Part shown: piece after piece, positions 1 to 10,618 of the stretch
Layout: each line of letters opens with the position of its first letter
How positions within the stretch are numbered: position 1 is the stretch's first letter
Notes under the pieces: generated by a model
The model's input: the letters and a program-made list of their open reading frames with translations, nothing else
Databases searched by the model: none
Told to the model about the DNA's origin: nothing
Made by a program: the position numbers and the translations under genes
Assembly (NCBI GenBank): GCA_963825255.1
Contig: CAWGSF010000007.1
Location: 2,888 to 66,887, forward strand
DNA: 64,000 nucleotides
Reading direction: 5' to 3'
Source: an uncultured Actinomycetes bacterium
Lineage (GTDB): Bacteria; Actinomycetota; Thermoleophilia; Gaiellales; Gaiellaceae

Positions 1-1682
1 AGCGGCCCGACCGCGTCGCTCATCCCCCAGCGCCCGACCATCTGCCGCGCGATTCCCGTCAGCTGGCGGATGTCGGACTCGGCGCCGGTCGTCGTCTCGC
101 CGAACACGACCTCCTCGGCCGCGCGGCCGCCGAGCGCGACCTTGATCTTCGCGACTAGCTCGTGCCGCGTGTAGTTGAAGCGATCGCTGTCAGGCGCCGA
201 GAAGGTGACGCCGAGCGCCATGCCGCGCGGGATGATCGAGATCTTGCGCACCGGATCGGCGCCCGGCGTCAGCATGCCGACGATCGCGTGCCCGCCCTCG
301 TGGTACGCCGTCAGCTCGCGGTCCTCGGCGAGATCATCACCTGCCGCTCGGCGCCGAGGACGATGCGCTCGAGCGCATCGGTGAAATCGGCCTCCACGAC
401 CCGCTCGTGGTTCCGGCGCGCCGCGAGCAGCGCCGCCTCGTTGACGAGGTTTGCGAGATCGGCGCCGACCATCCCCGGCGTCGTCGCGGCCAGGCGGTCG
501 AGATCGACGTCGGGGCCGAGCGGTACCGACCGGGTGTGGACGGCCAGGATCGGCTTGCGCCCGTTGCCGGTCGGGCGGCTGACGGTGACGCGCCGGTCGA
601 ATCGCCCGGGCCGGAGCAGCGCCTGCATCGAGGACGTCGGGGCGGTTGGTCGCGGCGATCACGATCACGCCGGTCGACGAGTCGAACCCGTCCATCTCGG
701 TCAGGATCTGGTTCAGGGTCTGCTCGCGCTCGTCGTTGCCGCCGCTGAAGCCGGCGACGCCCGCGCTGCGCGACCGTCCGATCGCGTCGAGCTCGTCGAT
801 GAACACGATCGCCGGGGCCGCCGTTTTCGCCTCCGCGAACAGGTCGCGGACGCGGGCGGCGCCGATGCCGACGATCGCCTCGACGAACTCCGACGCCGCC
901 AGCGAGAAGAACGGGACGCCCGCCTCGCCGGCGACAGCCCGGGCGAGGAGCGTCTTGCCGGTCCCCGGCGGGCCGCTGAGCAGCACGCCGTGCGGGATCC
1001 GGCCGCCGAGCCGCTCGTACTTGGCCGGCTTGCGGAGGAAGTCGACGACCTCGGCTCAGCTCGTCCTTCGCCTCGTCGATGCCGGCGACGTCGGCGAAGG
1101 TGACCGGCGCGTCCGTCGCCTCGTAGCGCTTCGCACGCGAGCGGCCGAACGCGTCCAGCACGCCCTGCACGCCGCCGGCCCGGCGCAACAGCCAGAAGAG
1201 CAGCGCGACGAAGAGGATCGTCGGGCCGAAGCCGACGAGCAGCGTCTCCCACCAGGGCGCGTTCGTCTTCAGCGGCTCGGCGTTCAGGACGACGTCGTTC
1301 GCCTCGAGCAGCGGGCGGAGAGCGCCGTCGTGTCGGCGAAGGCCGGGATCTCGGTCTGGAAGCGCGTCGTCGGCTTGACCCCGTCGACGCTCTTCGCCGC
1401 CTTCGAGCTGCCCCTGGATCGCCGTGCCCGTCGAGGTGATCGAGACGACGTTGCCGGCGGTGACCTGTTGCAGGAAGAAGGGGCTGTACGGGACGCGGCC
1501 GTGCCGGACTCGGGCCCCATGGTCCGCGTGGCGACGAACACGTTGACAGCGAGCAGCACGAGGAAGAAGACGATCCAGCGGGGCGAGACCCCGAACCTGG
1601 GACGCTGGGGCGGCGTGGGCGACGATCTGCCGGGCGCGGGCGGCGCCGGCTCGGGTGCGCGGCCGTCGGCCTGCTGGGCCAT
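1..1682 (-). CDS. ftsH: ATP-dependent zinc metalloprotease FtsH (C-terminus beyond window start; needs about 6 frame changes as given)
   Basis: Minus-strand translation gives an N-terminal TM ([15 protein letters not shown]), Walker [23 protein letters not shown] and [12 protein letters not shown]. The pieces lie in different frames (ORFs 1284..1682, 337..1188, 311..628 and unlisted frames), with switches near 1492, 1412, 1312, 1052, 627 and 340. Confidence 0.85.
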
Positions 1683-1751
1683 GGCCCTAGGCTACTCCGC
1701 GCCCGTCTCCGTCGCCGGCGGGAGTGGGCACTGAGACCGGGCAGGGCTTGG

Positions 1752-1799
1752 AGCGGGAGCGACGGGACTGAACCCGCGACCTCCGGCGTGACAGGCCGG
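1752..1799. repeat. 48-nt copy of the 3' half of tRNA-Asp (att-like direct repeat; partner at 4698..4746)
   Basis: AGCGGGAGCGACGGGACT(C)GAACCCGCGACCTCCGGCGTGACAGGCCGG is identical to 4698..4746 except for one missing C. The match stops at the anticodon-loop region. Confidence 0.85.
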
Positions 1800-2008
1800 T
1801 CATAGCGCTTCAGGGTTGAGCGGGGATCGGCGGGGATTCCCGCCGTGAGCGGGCCTTTTCGACCCTGCCGTTGCGGGGATTGCCGGGCAGAAGCGGGAGC
1901 TTCCGGCGGCCTCCCGCGGGATCAGCGCGGGATGGATAGTTGCCTACGTGGCAAACGGATCGGACTTGTGCGGGATGCCGTGGACATTGCTCGCGAACGA
2001 CGGCTCGC

Positions 2009-2426
2009 CTAAACCCTCTCGAGGACGACGATTCGGAACACACGGATGGCCTCGAGCTTCTCCCGATTCGGCGAACTCGTCCCGGTCGGCTTTCTACTTC
2101 TCGAAGGATGCAGGATCGCTGCCTTCGCCTTCCGCCACGCGGGCGCGCACCGGAAAGCGATCGGTGTCGATCTCGACTTCGGCGTCAGGATTCGCCACAA
2201 GGTTGTGATACAGGAAACCAGGGTTCTTCGGATCGCCGCCCTTCGAGGCAAACACGGCGACGGAGTCGTCGTTGAGCCGCTGGTAGGCGAGCGGGTTCAC
2301 CCGCTCGACGCCGAGTCCTTGCTCCGCGGTGGTGAAGGAGCAAGAGAGTCCGTCCTCGAAGTAGCCGCCGACGCGGCCCGCGTTGGCGCGGAACTCGTCG
2401 ATGATCGCTTGATTCCAGTCACTCAT
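2009..2426 (-). pseudogene. Nitroreductase/quinone reductase family deazaflavin(F420)-dependent oxidoreductase, disrupted
   Basis: ORF 2094..2426 (MSDWNQAIIDEFRANAGRVGG...NPGFLYHNLVANPDAEVE) ends at an in-frame TAG (2094..2096). The family-typical C-terminus (REKLEAIRVFRIVVLERV) continues in another frame to the stop at 2009. Confidence 0.6.
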
Positions 2427-2499
2427 GTTCTTTGCAACGCCGGGCGGCCGCGACTCCTTCCCCTCGGCAGCGCCGATCCCCCTGTCCTCAAACTACTTT

Positions 2500-3249
2500 G
2501 GCAAGCAACACTCCCCGAGCGGTCCCGCTACGGGATTGTGCAAGCACTCCGGCAGACGCTAGCCGCGGCGGTGCGTTGGGACTACATGGGCCGCAACTCG
2601 GCCAAGCTTGCCGGCCGCAACCCGGAGCCACCGCCGCGGGTCGTCCGCGTCTACACCCTGGCCGAGTTGGAGCAGTCGCGGCTGAACTCTCGACGAGCCG
2701 TGAGCCGTTGCCCCCGCTTCCGCCGCCACCGGTTTACGGCGTGTGCAGTGGGTGGTCTTGAGCGGCGGGATGTGGACCGAGCCGTCGCCTCCTAAACGTG
2801 CACCGCACGGTTTCTGCCGGTTCGGTGGTCGAGCTAGCAAAGACGAGCGCAAGCCGACGCGGAGTTCACGCTAAGCCGACGGCCCGGCGGCGCTTGACCG
2901 GCTCCCGGCTCGGCTCGATACACCCCGGCTCTTTCCCGCGCCATCCGGGGGCTTGCTCAACCTCGATAACTTCCGCCGCCGGGAGTGGCGGCCGGCTATC
3001 GAGGCATCTGGCACCTCCACGCCCGCCCGTATCTACGACCTCCGCTCAACGTTTGCCTCGTATGCCCTCGCGGGCGGCATCACCGTCTTTGAGCTTGCAC
3101 GGCTCATGGGCACAAGCGTGCGGATGATCGAGAAGCATTACGGCACGCTCGTGGAGGGTGCGGGGGCCTCAATCGCTCGGCGGCTGGGCGCGATTGAGGC
3201 GGTGCAGGAGCGGAGTGCGGAGAGTGGCGGGAGTCTGGTTTACGAGTAG
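2500..3249 (+). pseudogene. Tyrosine recombinase/phage-type integrase, N-terminally truncated with multiple frameshifts
   Basis: ORF 2953..3249 carries the catalytic C-terminus (RIYDLRSTFASYAL...MGTSVRMIEKHYGTL). Upstream integrase-like pieces (LAGRNPEPP, VYTLAELE, ATGLR, LERRDVDRA, VHRTVSAGSVVELAKTSASRR) are scattered over all three frames. Confidence 0.75.
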
Positions 3250-3328
3250 CGACGAGACTCTCGCCTGGACGAGCATTCAGGAATGTTCCTTAGCGGCGCT
3301 GGCCAGAGCCGGTGACATGCCTTAGGTG

Positions 3329-4489
3329 TTAGGGAAGCGGAACGGTTCCGCCGCTGGCCAAGCAGTCGGCGAGGTAGAGCGCGGTTCCTGGATCGCCGCT
3401 CCAGAGGGTGTACCGGGCCGCGGCCCATGTCGGCGCGTGCTCGGACAGATCTGGGGGATCGAGTGCATCGCAAAGGCGCCGTCACGCTCCTCCGGCGAAC
3501 CGTCATGTGCGCTCGATCAGCGCCAGGAAGCCATCGCCGTTGCTACGTGCGTGGCAGAGGTTTGCTCCTTTCGATAGCGGGCCGGCTCGCCAGGTGAGCT
3601 CGCCGCCCGCGCACAGCAAACGCCCATGCTCGGCGTCGTCAGGGGCGAAGCGAGCAAGCGAAGCCACGACACCGGGCGCGCCGTGACACCACTGCACGCG
3701 GATCGACCCGTCTCTCCTGTGTCGCAGGCCCTCCGTCGAAGTGGGTGGCCAGTTGGCGAGCTCGCCCTGTTCGATCGCGTAGCGGGCCGTCGCCAGCGCT
3801 GCACGGCGATGAAGCTCGTCGCGGCATCGCGGGCAAGAGCGAGGATGCATCTCGCGAATACGTGAGCAGGTCCAATGATCTGCTGCACCCTCCCGTAGAG
3901 ATGCTGTGTCCAAAGGGCCGTGTCCGGATCCCACTCATCGCGAAGCCAAGCTGCGCTTTCGCGCCAGAGATCGAGCCACCTCGCCTCGCCCGTCAGTTCG
4001 TGCATGGTGGCGGCCGCAATGATTGTTCCCGGGACTGCCCCACGTCACCATTCACGGCGCTCGTCTTCTGCGTTCCCGGCGATAGACTCGGCCAGCCGGT
4101 CGGCGTTCTCCTTCGAAGGGGAGAGCCGATGCAACACGAGGCGAATCCCCGTATCGCCCATCCAGAGACTCCGCTCATGATCGTCGTCGGGAAAGTCGGG
4201 CTGGTAACTGCGCGCTATCGGTACGAGACGTATTCCCGGCGGAGTTCCACCAGCCCTCGATGCTGCAGCGAGTCGAGCGCCTGAACCACGCCCGCGCCGC
4301 CAAGGTAGACCGTGCGAAAGCGGCGCTCTTCGTCACCCTTTTCCTCAATGTCCTGGGGGTGGGTCGGCCAGCCATCGTCGAATGACCCCTCCGCATCGTC
4401 GACAATCTCCCGGATCGCGGCGCGGAGCCCGATACAGGGTTCCATCTGTCCTCGATTAGCCGTTCATGTGCCTCAGGCGTGAAGAGCAT
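3329..4489 (-). pseudogene. LanC-like (lanthionine synthetase C family) protein, heavily disrupted
   Basis: Fragments are present in ORFs 4215..4445, 3517..4005 and 3503..3934. They include TWGSPG, QWCHGAPGV, NLCH..NGDGF and a C-terminal RYTLWSGDPGTALYLADC. At least 6 frame changes are needed, including closely spaced pairs near 4060/4033. Confidence 0.6.
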
Positions 4490-4699
4490 CCTCCGAGACT
4501 TTAGAGAGGCAGAAGAGCCGGGCGTTAGAGCGGCACACGACGCCCGACGGATCGTCCATCCGCCCAACCGGAGACGACCTCGTCGCCTGCGCGAGAGTCC
4601 TTACGCCCGGACGTTTAGGGCACTTGTGGGGCACGCGGCGCACGTGCCCCCCGAGCCCAAGAGAGGCGAAACTCCCTCGTTAGCAGGGCAGACGTGAAG

Positions 4700-4773
<74 letters not shown>

Positions 4774-4873
4774 GGGCGCCGGTCAATACTAGCCGCGCAC
4801 GGAGCCAATCGATGAGTTCGGGGACGCCGCGGCGTCGAAATTCGGAGAGACCGGCGAAGAAGGAGGGAACGAG

Positions 4874-5449
4874 ATGGGGAGGATCGTCGTCACCGAGTTC
4901 GTCTCCCTGGACGGCGTCATGGAGGACCCCGGCGGATCGGAGGGCTCGAAGCATGGAGCCTGGACGTTCCAGTTCTCGCGCGGCGAGGAGGGGGACACGT
5001 TCAAGCTGGACGAGACCATGGGCTCCGAGGCGCTCCTGCTCGGGCGGGTCACCTACGAGGGCTTCGCGGCCGCGTGGCCGTCGCGGGAGGGCGAGTTCGC
5101 TGACAAGTTCAACACGATGCCCAAGTACGTCGTGTCCTCGACGCTTCGCGACCCGGAGTGGGCCAACTCGACCGTCCTCGAAGGAGACGTCGTCGAGGCG
5201 GTCACGAAGCTGAAGCGGGAGCAGGACGGAGACATCGTCGTCCACGGGAGCGCCAGCCTCGCGCAGGCCCTGATCGACAACGACCTCGTCGACGAGCTGC
5301 GGCTCATGGTCTTCCCCGTCGTCCTCGGCAGCGGAAAGCGCCTCTTCGGCGACAGCGGCATGAAGCGCCTGCAGCTCGTCGACTCGAAGACGGTCGGGGA
5401 CGGCGTCATGATCCTCGTCTACAGGCCGGCGGAGGAGCCGGCGAGCTAG
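4874..5449 (+). CDS. Dihydrofolate reductase family protein (RibD C-terminal domain type)
   Basis: 191-aa ORF: MGRIVVTEFVSLDGVMEDPGG...LLLGRVTYEGFAAAWP...DIVVHGSASLAQALIDNDLVDELRLMVFPVVLGSGKRLF. Confidence 0.75.
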   Translation: MGRIVVTEFVSLDGVMEDPGGSEGSKHGAWTFQFSRGEEGDTFKLDETMGSEALLLGRVTYEGFAAAWPSREGEFADKFNTMPKYVVSSTLRDPEWANSTVLEGDVVEAVTKLKREQDGDIVVHGSASLAQALIDNDLVDELRLMVFPVVLGSGKRLFGDSGMKRLQLVDSKTVGDGVMILVYRPAEEPAS

Positions 5450-5475
5450 GCAAGGCGAGCTGGAAGGAGCGGACA

Positions 5476-5868
5476 ATGCTCGAAGACGCAGAGATCGTCG
5501 CGATCGTGCCCGTCTCGGACATCGCAGCCTCGATCGAGTTCTACGAGGGGGCGCTGGGACTGCGCCTCGAGGAGCGGCGGGACGACCTGCCGACGAACCG
5601 GGAGGCGGAGCTCCGCGGCGGGAACGGCAAGCTCCTCCTCTACGAGAGCGTCGGCGCCGGACAGAGCCGCCACACGGTGGCGGGCTTCCGGGTCGGCGAC
5701 CTCCACGCCACGGTGCCGGCCTTGCGCGACCGGGGCGTGACGTTCGAGGAGTACGACCTGCCCGACCTGAAGACCGTGGACGGGATCGCGACGGTCGGAG
5801 ATGTCCGCGCGGCCTGGTGCAAGGATCCCGACGGCAACATCCTCGCGATCGAGTCCGTCGGGGCCTGA
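5476..5868 (+). CDS. VOC (glyoxalase/bleomycin resistance/dioxygenase) family protein
   Basis: In-frame ATG at 5476 inside ORF 5158..5868. Sequence IVPVSDIAASIEFYEGALGL...AWCKDPDGNILAIES is typical of a VOC fold. Confidence 0.7.
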   Translation: MLEDAEIVAIVPVSDIAASIEFYEGALGLRLEERRDDLPTNREAELRGGNGKLLLYESVGAGQSRHTVAGFRVGDLHATVPALRDRGVTFEEYDLPDLKTVDGIATVGDVRAAWCKDPDGNILAIESVGA

Positions 5869-5871
5869 TCG

Positions 5872-6138
5872 GTGCGCTACATGGTGATCGAGACGTACAC
5901 GCAGGGCCCGGCGCCCGTGTACGTCCGCGCCGCGGAGCGGGGCCGCATGCTCCCGCCCGGGCTCGAGTACGTGGAGAGCTGGATCGACGAGCGGAGCCTC
6001 GACCGCTGCTTCCAGCTCATGGAGACGGACGATCCGAGCCTGTTCGGGGAATGGATCGCGCGCTGGGCCGACCTCGCCGAGTTCGAGGTCGTCCCGGTCG
6101 TCGGCTCGGCCGAGGCCGCCGCCCGGACGCTCGGCTGA
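5872..6138 (+). CDS. DUF3303 family protein
   Basis: 88-aa ORF: YMVIETY...RGRMLPPGLEYVESWIDERSLDRCFQLMETDDPSLFGEWIARWADLAEFEVVPV. Confidence 0.6.
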   Translation: MRYMVIETYTQGPAPVYVRAAERGRMLPPGLEYVESWIDERSLDRCFQLMETDDPSLFGEWIARWADLAEFEVVPVVGSAEAAARTLG

Positions 6139-6140
6139 GC

Positions 6141-6806
6141 TCAGGCCCCGGGGCGTGCGCTCGCCTCGAAGAGGCCCGTCTGGTGGGCGAGCACGACCGC
6201 CTGGACGCGGTCGCGGAGGTGGAGCTTCTGGAGGATGTGGGTGACGTGCGTCTTGACCGTCGTCTCGCTGATGGTGAGCTCGTCCGCGATCTCCGCGTTG
6301 GAAAGGCCGCCGGCGACCAGGCGGAGGATCTCCCGCTCGCGCCCCGTGAGCTCGTCGAGCTCCTTCGGCGGCGTGAGCCGGGGAATGCGGGTGAACTGCT
6401 CGATCACGCGCTTCGTGATCGCCGGAGAGAGAAGCGCGTCTCCGGCTGCGACCGTGCGGATCGCGCGAGCAGCTGCTCCGGTGGGTCGTCCTTGAGGACG
6501 AAGCCGCTCGCGCCGGCCCTGAGCGCCTCGTAGACGTATTCGTCGAGGTCGAAGGTCGTGAGGATCAGGATCGCGCGCGTCGCGCTTCGCCGCGAGGATC
6601 CGCCGGGTCGCCTCGAGCCCGTCGAGGTCGGGCATGCGGATGTCCATCAGGACGACGGCCGGATCGAACCGGGCGGCCTTGTCCACGGCCTCGAGCCCGT
6701 TGCTCGCCTCGGCGACCACCTCGATGTCCTCCTCGTCGGCGAGGAGCATGCGAAAGCCGGCGCGGACCATCGACTGGTCGTCGACGACGAGGACCCGGAT
6801 CGTCAT
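6141..6806 (-). CDS. LuxR/NarL-family response regulator (central segment out of frame between two compensating indels)
   Basis: Receiver [18 protein letters not shown]...[16 protein letters not shown] and [39 protein letters not shown]. About 37 codons between ~6570 and ~6465 read as Arg/Pro-rich nonsense, while the alternative frame gives [28 protein letters not shown]. Confidence 0.85.
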   Translation of the reverse strand: MTIRVLVVDDQSMVRAGFRMLLADEEDIEVVAEASNGLEAVDKAARFDPAVVLMDIRMPDLDGLEATRRILAAKRDARDPDPHDLRPRRIRLRGAQGRRERLRPQGRPTGAAARAIRTVAAGDALLSPAITKRVIEQFTRIPRLTPPKELDELTGREREILRLVAGGLSNAEIADELTISETTVKTHVTHILQKLHLRDRVQAVVLAHQTGLFEASARPGA

Positions 6807-7992
6807 GACCTCTCGCTCGGCAATCGGTAGGCGCGTGTCGAGGACGAAGCCGCCGCCGTTCGCCGCTCCTGCGTTCATCTCCCCGCCGTAGATCTTGACG
6901 CGCTCGCGGATGCCGACGAGCCCGTGGCCGAGCCCGTCGTGCGCGGCCGCCCCTCGGCCGTCGTCGCGGACCTCGATCCCCAGCTCGTCCTGCCGGTAGC
7001 GGAGCGTGACGTCCGCGTTGCTCGCGCGCGCGTGCTTCAGCGCGTTCGTCAGGCCCTCCTGGACGATCCGATACGCGGAGAGGTCGATCCCTCGCGGGAG
7101 CGGGAACGGCTCGCCCTCGACGTGGAGCTCGACCGGGAGTCCGGCACGGCCGACGTCGCTCAGCAACGAGTCGAGGCCGTCGAGACCGGGCTGGGGGACG
7201 AGCTCGGCCTCTTCGCCGTCGCTGCGCATGGCGGCGAGGAGACGCCGCATCTCGGCGAGCGCCGTCCGGCCCGCCCGCTCGACTCCGCTCAGGGCGTCGC
7301 GGTCCTCGGCCAGCGCGTCGGGGAGCTTGTGCCGCACGGCGCCGACCTGCAGCACCATGACGCTGACCGCGTGGGCGACGATGTCGTGGAGCTCGCGGGC
7401 GATCCGCGCCCGCTCCTCGGCCACGGCGATCCGTGCGGCCGCTTCCCGCTCCCGCTCGGCCTGCGCGGCGCGGAGCTCGGCCGCCTCGGCCTGCTCGGAA
7501 CGCTCGCGCAGCGCGTAGCCCGCGACCCAGGCGGCCGCGAACCGGAGGGGGATGAAGATGAGCCAGGTGGCCGCCTGTTCGCCGGGGATGTTGTCCACCA
7601 CGATCACGATCGACCCGAGAACGATCGCGAGCCCGATGCCGGCCTGTCTGCTGTCGCGCAGGTTCCCGAGCAGGAACGCGGTCGCCATTCCGACGACGCT
7701 CGAGGCTGTCGATGAACGGGATGAGCAGGCCGTCGACAGACGAGAACAGCGCGGCCAGGAGCCAGTAGGTCGCCGGAGCGGCAAAGGGAAACCGCCGGCG
7801 CGCGAAGAGCGGCAGCACCAGAAGCGCCATCGCGGGGACCGTGAACCAGAGCGTCGTGGTCGGCGCGCCGGGCGACTCGCGTCCGACGATCAGCTCGATC
7901 ATGCCCGTGATCGCCAGGGCTGCGATCAGCAGCTCGAACCAGTACTCCCGCGCGATGTTTCCGACCCGGCTCACGTTCTGAAGGTACTCCAC
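6807..7992 (-). CDS. Sensor histidine kinase (HisKA_3 / NarX-DesK type), one frame change near 7700, no stop before the regulator ATG
   Basis: N-terminal TM region in ORF 6565..7992. H-box ARELHDIVAHAVSVM and ATPase GLGHGLVGIRERV in ORF 6141..7784. Confidence 0.8.
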
Positions 7993-8134
7993 GCTCTCGC
8001 TCGTCGCCTCCTACCTGAGTCGGAGTCGAGATCGTCGGTGGGTCGGAGCGCGAATCACGCCATCCGACGACGCGGTTGCGCCGCCGCCGCCCTAGCGTCG
8101 GGCTCGGAAGTTTCGAATGCGAAGGAGGCAGGTC

Positions 8135-10366
8135 ATGTCCGCACCGAAGTCCAACAACCTGGCGGCCCGCATGGGACGCTGGAGCGCCGACCACTGGAAG
8201 ACCGCCACCTTCGGCTGGCTGGCGTTCGTCCTCGTCGCCTTCGCTCTCGGCGGCGCCTTCGGGACGAAGTCGATCGACCCGAACACGGCCGGGCCCGGTG
8301 AGTCCGGTCGCATGGACAGGATCCTCGACGCGGGCTTCAAGCGGCCCGCGGACGAGAGCGTCCTCGTCCAGAGCGGCTCGCTCTCGGCGACCGATCCCGC
8401 GTTCAGGGCCGCGGTCGAGGACGTCGTCGCGAGGATCTCGGGGCTCGACGTCGTCCAGAACGTTCGCTCGCCGCTCGACGAGGCCAACGCGGCCCAGATC
8501 TCCGAGAACGGCCGCGCGGCGCTCGTCGAGTTCGAGATCCGCGGCGAAGCCGACGAGGCCGCCGACAAGATCGGCCCGGTCATCGACGAGGTCGAGGCCG
8601 CGCAGGAGGCTCACCCACAGTTCTTCATCGGAGAGTTCGGCGATGCCAGCGCCGTCAACGCGATCGAGACGGCGTACGGTGACGACCTCGGGAAGGCCGG
8701 CGTCCTCTCGCTTCCGGTGACGCTCGCCATCCTCGTGCTCACCTTCGGGGCACTCGTGGCCGCCGGCATTCCGCTCGTGCTCGCCTTGACGGCCGTCTTC
8801 GCGACCTTCGGCCTCGTGGCCGTCACGAGCCACATCGTGCCGATGGCGAACCAGGCCGGCGCGGTCGTGCTCCTCATCGGGCTCGCGGTCGGCGTCGACT
8901 ACTCGCTCTTCTACCTGCGACGCGCACGCGAGGAGCGGGCCGCAGGACGCAGCGAGCGCGCCGCGGTCGAGATCGCCGCTGCCACTTCCGGTCGTGCCGT
9001 CCTCGTCTCCGGGCTGACCGTGATGACTGCGATGGCCGGGATGTTCCTGACGGCCGATCAGATCTTCGCCTCGCTCGGCGTGGCGACGATCACGGTGGTC
9101 GCCGTCGCGGTTCTCGGCTCGCTGACGGTACTCCCCGCCCTCCTCGCGAGGTTCGGGGACAAGGTCGACCGCGGCCGTGTCCCGCTCGTCGGCCGCCTGC
9201 GCCGCAGCGACGGTGAGGGCCGGGTCTGGGGCGCGATCGTCGACCGCGTCCTGCGTCGCCCGGTCGTCTCGGTGGTGCTCGCCGGCGGGTTGCTGGTGGC
9301 GCTCGCGATTCCGGCCTTCCAGCTCCGGATGGTGCAGCCGGGCCCGGACACGTTCCCGCAGTCGCTCCCCGTCGTCCAGACCTACAACCGCATGCAGGAG
9401 GCATTCCCCGGCACGGCCCTGCCGGCCAACGTCGTCGTCGAGGCACCGGACGTGAACGCGCCGGCCATGCAGGCGGCGATTCAGAAGCTCGAGCAGCAGG
9501 CGCTCGCGAGCGGTCGCATGCACGAGCCGATCACCGTCGATGTCAACGACGCCGGCACGGTGGCGAACATCACGATCCCGATCGACGGGACGGGCACCGA
9601 CTCGGTCTCGAACGAGTCGCTGGCGACCCTGCGCGACGAGATCGTGCCGACTACCGTGGGCGCCCTTCCTGACGTCGAGGCCGGCGTCACCGGGCTCACC
9701 GCCCAGTGGAAGGACAGCACCGACGAGATCACGTCGAAGCTGCCGCTCGTCGTCGCGTTCGTGCTGGTGCTCGCGTTCGTCCTGATGCTGGTGGCCTTCA
9801 GGTCGCCCGTCATCGCCGCCAAGGCCATCGTGCTCAACCTGCTCTCGGTGGCCGCGGCCTACGGCGTGCTGGTGCTCGTCTTCCAGCACGGCGTCGGCAA
9901 GGGCCTCCTCGGCTTCAGCTCCACGGCCGGGATCGACCCGGTCGTCCCGCTGCTCCTCTTCGTGATCCTCTTCGGCCTCTCGATGGACTACCACGTGTTC
10001 CTCCTGAGCCGGATCCGCGAGCTGGTCCAGCGGGGCGCGTCCACCGACGAGGCGGTCACGCAGGGGATCAAGACGACCGCGGGCGTCGTCACGAGCGCCG
10101 CGATCGTCATGGTCTTCGTCTTCGCGGTCTTCATCACGCTCTCGATGCTGTTCTTCAAGCAGTTCGGCGTCGGGCTCGCGACCGCGATCCTGCTCGACGC
10201 GACGATCGTCCGCGGGGTGCTCCTGCCCGCCTCGATGAAGCTGCTCGGCGACTGGAACTGGTACCTGCCGAGCTGGCTCGAGTGGCTGCCTCGGTTCGAC
10301 CTCGGCGAGTCCGAGGCGCCCGCCGAGACGCCGTCCGACACGAAGCCGACTCCCGTCTCCGCCTAG
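8135..10366 (+). CDS. MMPL family transporter
   Basis: Single intact ORF (8117..10366) with two multi-TM bundles and soluble loops. AGGAGG lies 6 nt upstream of ATG 8135. Confidence 0.8.
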   Translation: MSAPKSNNLAARMGRWSADHWKTATFGWLAFVLVAFALGGAFGTKSIDPNTAGPGESGRMDRILDAGFKRPADESVLVQSGSLSATDPAFRAAVEDVVARISGLDVVQNVRSPLDEANAAQISENGRAALVEFEIRGEADEAADKIGPVIDEVEAAQEAHPQFFIGEFGDASAVNAIETAYGDDLGKAGVLSLPVTLAILVLTFGALVAAGIPLVLALTAVFATFGLVAVTSHIVPMANQAGAVVLLIGLAVGVDYSLFYLRRAREERAAGRSERAAVEIAAATSGRAVLVSGLTVMTAMAGMFLTADQIFASLGVATITVVAVAVLGSLTVLPALLARFGDKVDRGRVPLVGRLRRSDGEGRVWGAIVDRVLRRPVVSVVLAGGLLVALAIPAFQLRMVQPGPDTFPQSLPVVQTYNRMQEAFPGTALPANVVVEAPDVNAPAMQAAIQKLEQQALASGRMHEPITVDVNDAGTVANITIPIDGTGTDSVSNESLATLRDEIVPTTVGALPDVEAGVTGLTAQWKDSTDEITSKLPLVVAFVLVLAFVLMLVAFRSPVIAAKAIVLNLLSVAAAYGVLVLVFQHGVGKGLLGFSSTAGIDPVVPLLLFVILFGLSMDYHVFLLSRIRELVQRGASTDEAVTQGIKTTAGVVTSAAIVMVFVFAVFITLSMLFFKQFGVGLATAILLDATIVRGVLLPASMKLLGDWNWYLPSWLEWLPRFDLGESEAPAETPSDTKPTPVSA

Positions 10367-10375
10367 AACAGAGAT

Positions 10376-10414
10376 GGTCGACCCCCGGGCCCTCCGAAGG
10401 CCCGGGGGTCGACC
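10376..10414 (+). terminator. Perfect 16-bp stem / 7-nt loop hairpin after the MMPL gene
   Basis: GGTCGACCCCCGGGCC-CTCCGAA-GGCCCGGGGGTCGACC, 10 nt after the stop. No U-tract. Confidence 0.5.
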
Positions 10415-10618
10415 GTGAAGGGAACCGCCATGACCGCCTTCACACTGACGGGGGTGACTCGACCGAGCGCGCAGAGGCTACGCGGTTAACCACAGCGCAG
10501 ATGGGCGTGCTCCCCGATGTCGGCCTGCCGCGGGCACTGAAGGGTGGCGGTGGAAGGGAGATCTGGCGTGAGCGTACGACCTCGAGATGCCCCTTCGCCC
10601 CGGCGGCGGCGTCGGAGC

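Noticed and set aside
1810-2008. Repeated GCGGGGATTSCCG motifs near the left end of the island as possible integrase arm sites.
   Set aside because: There are only two imperfect short copies, which is not enough to distinguish them from chance in GC-rich sequence.
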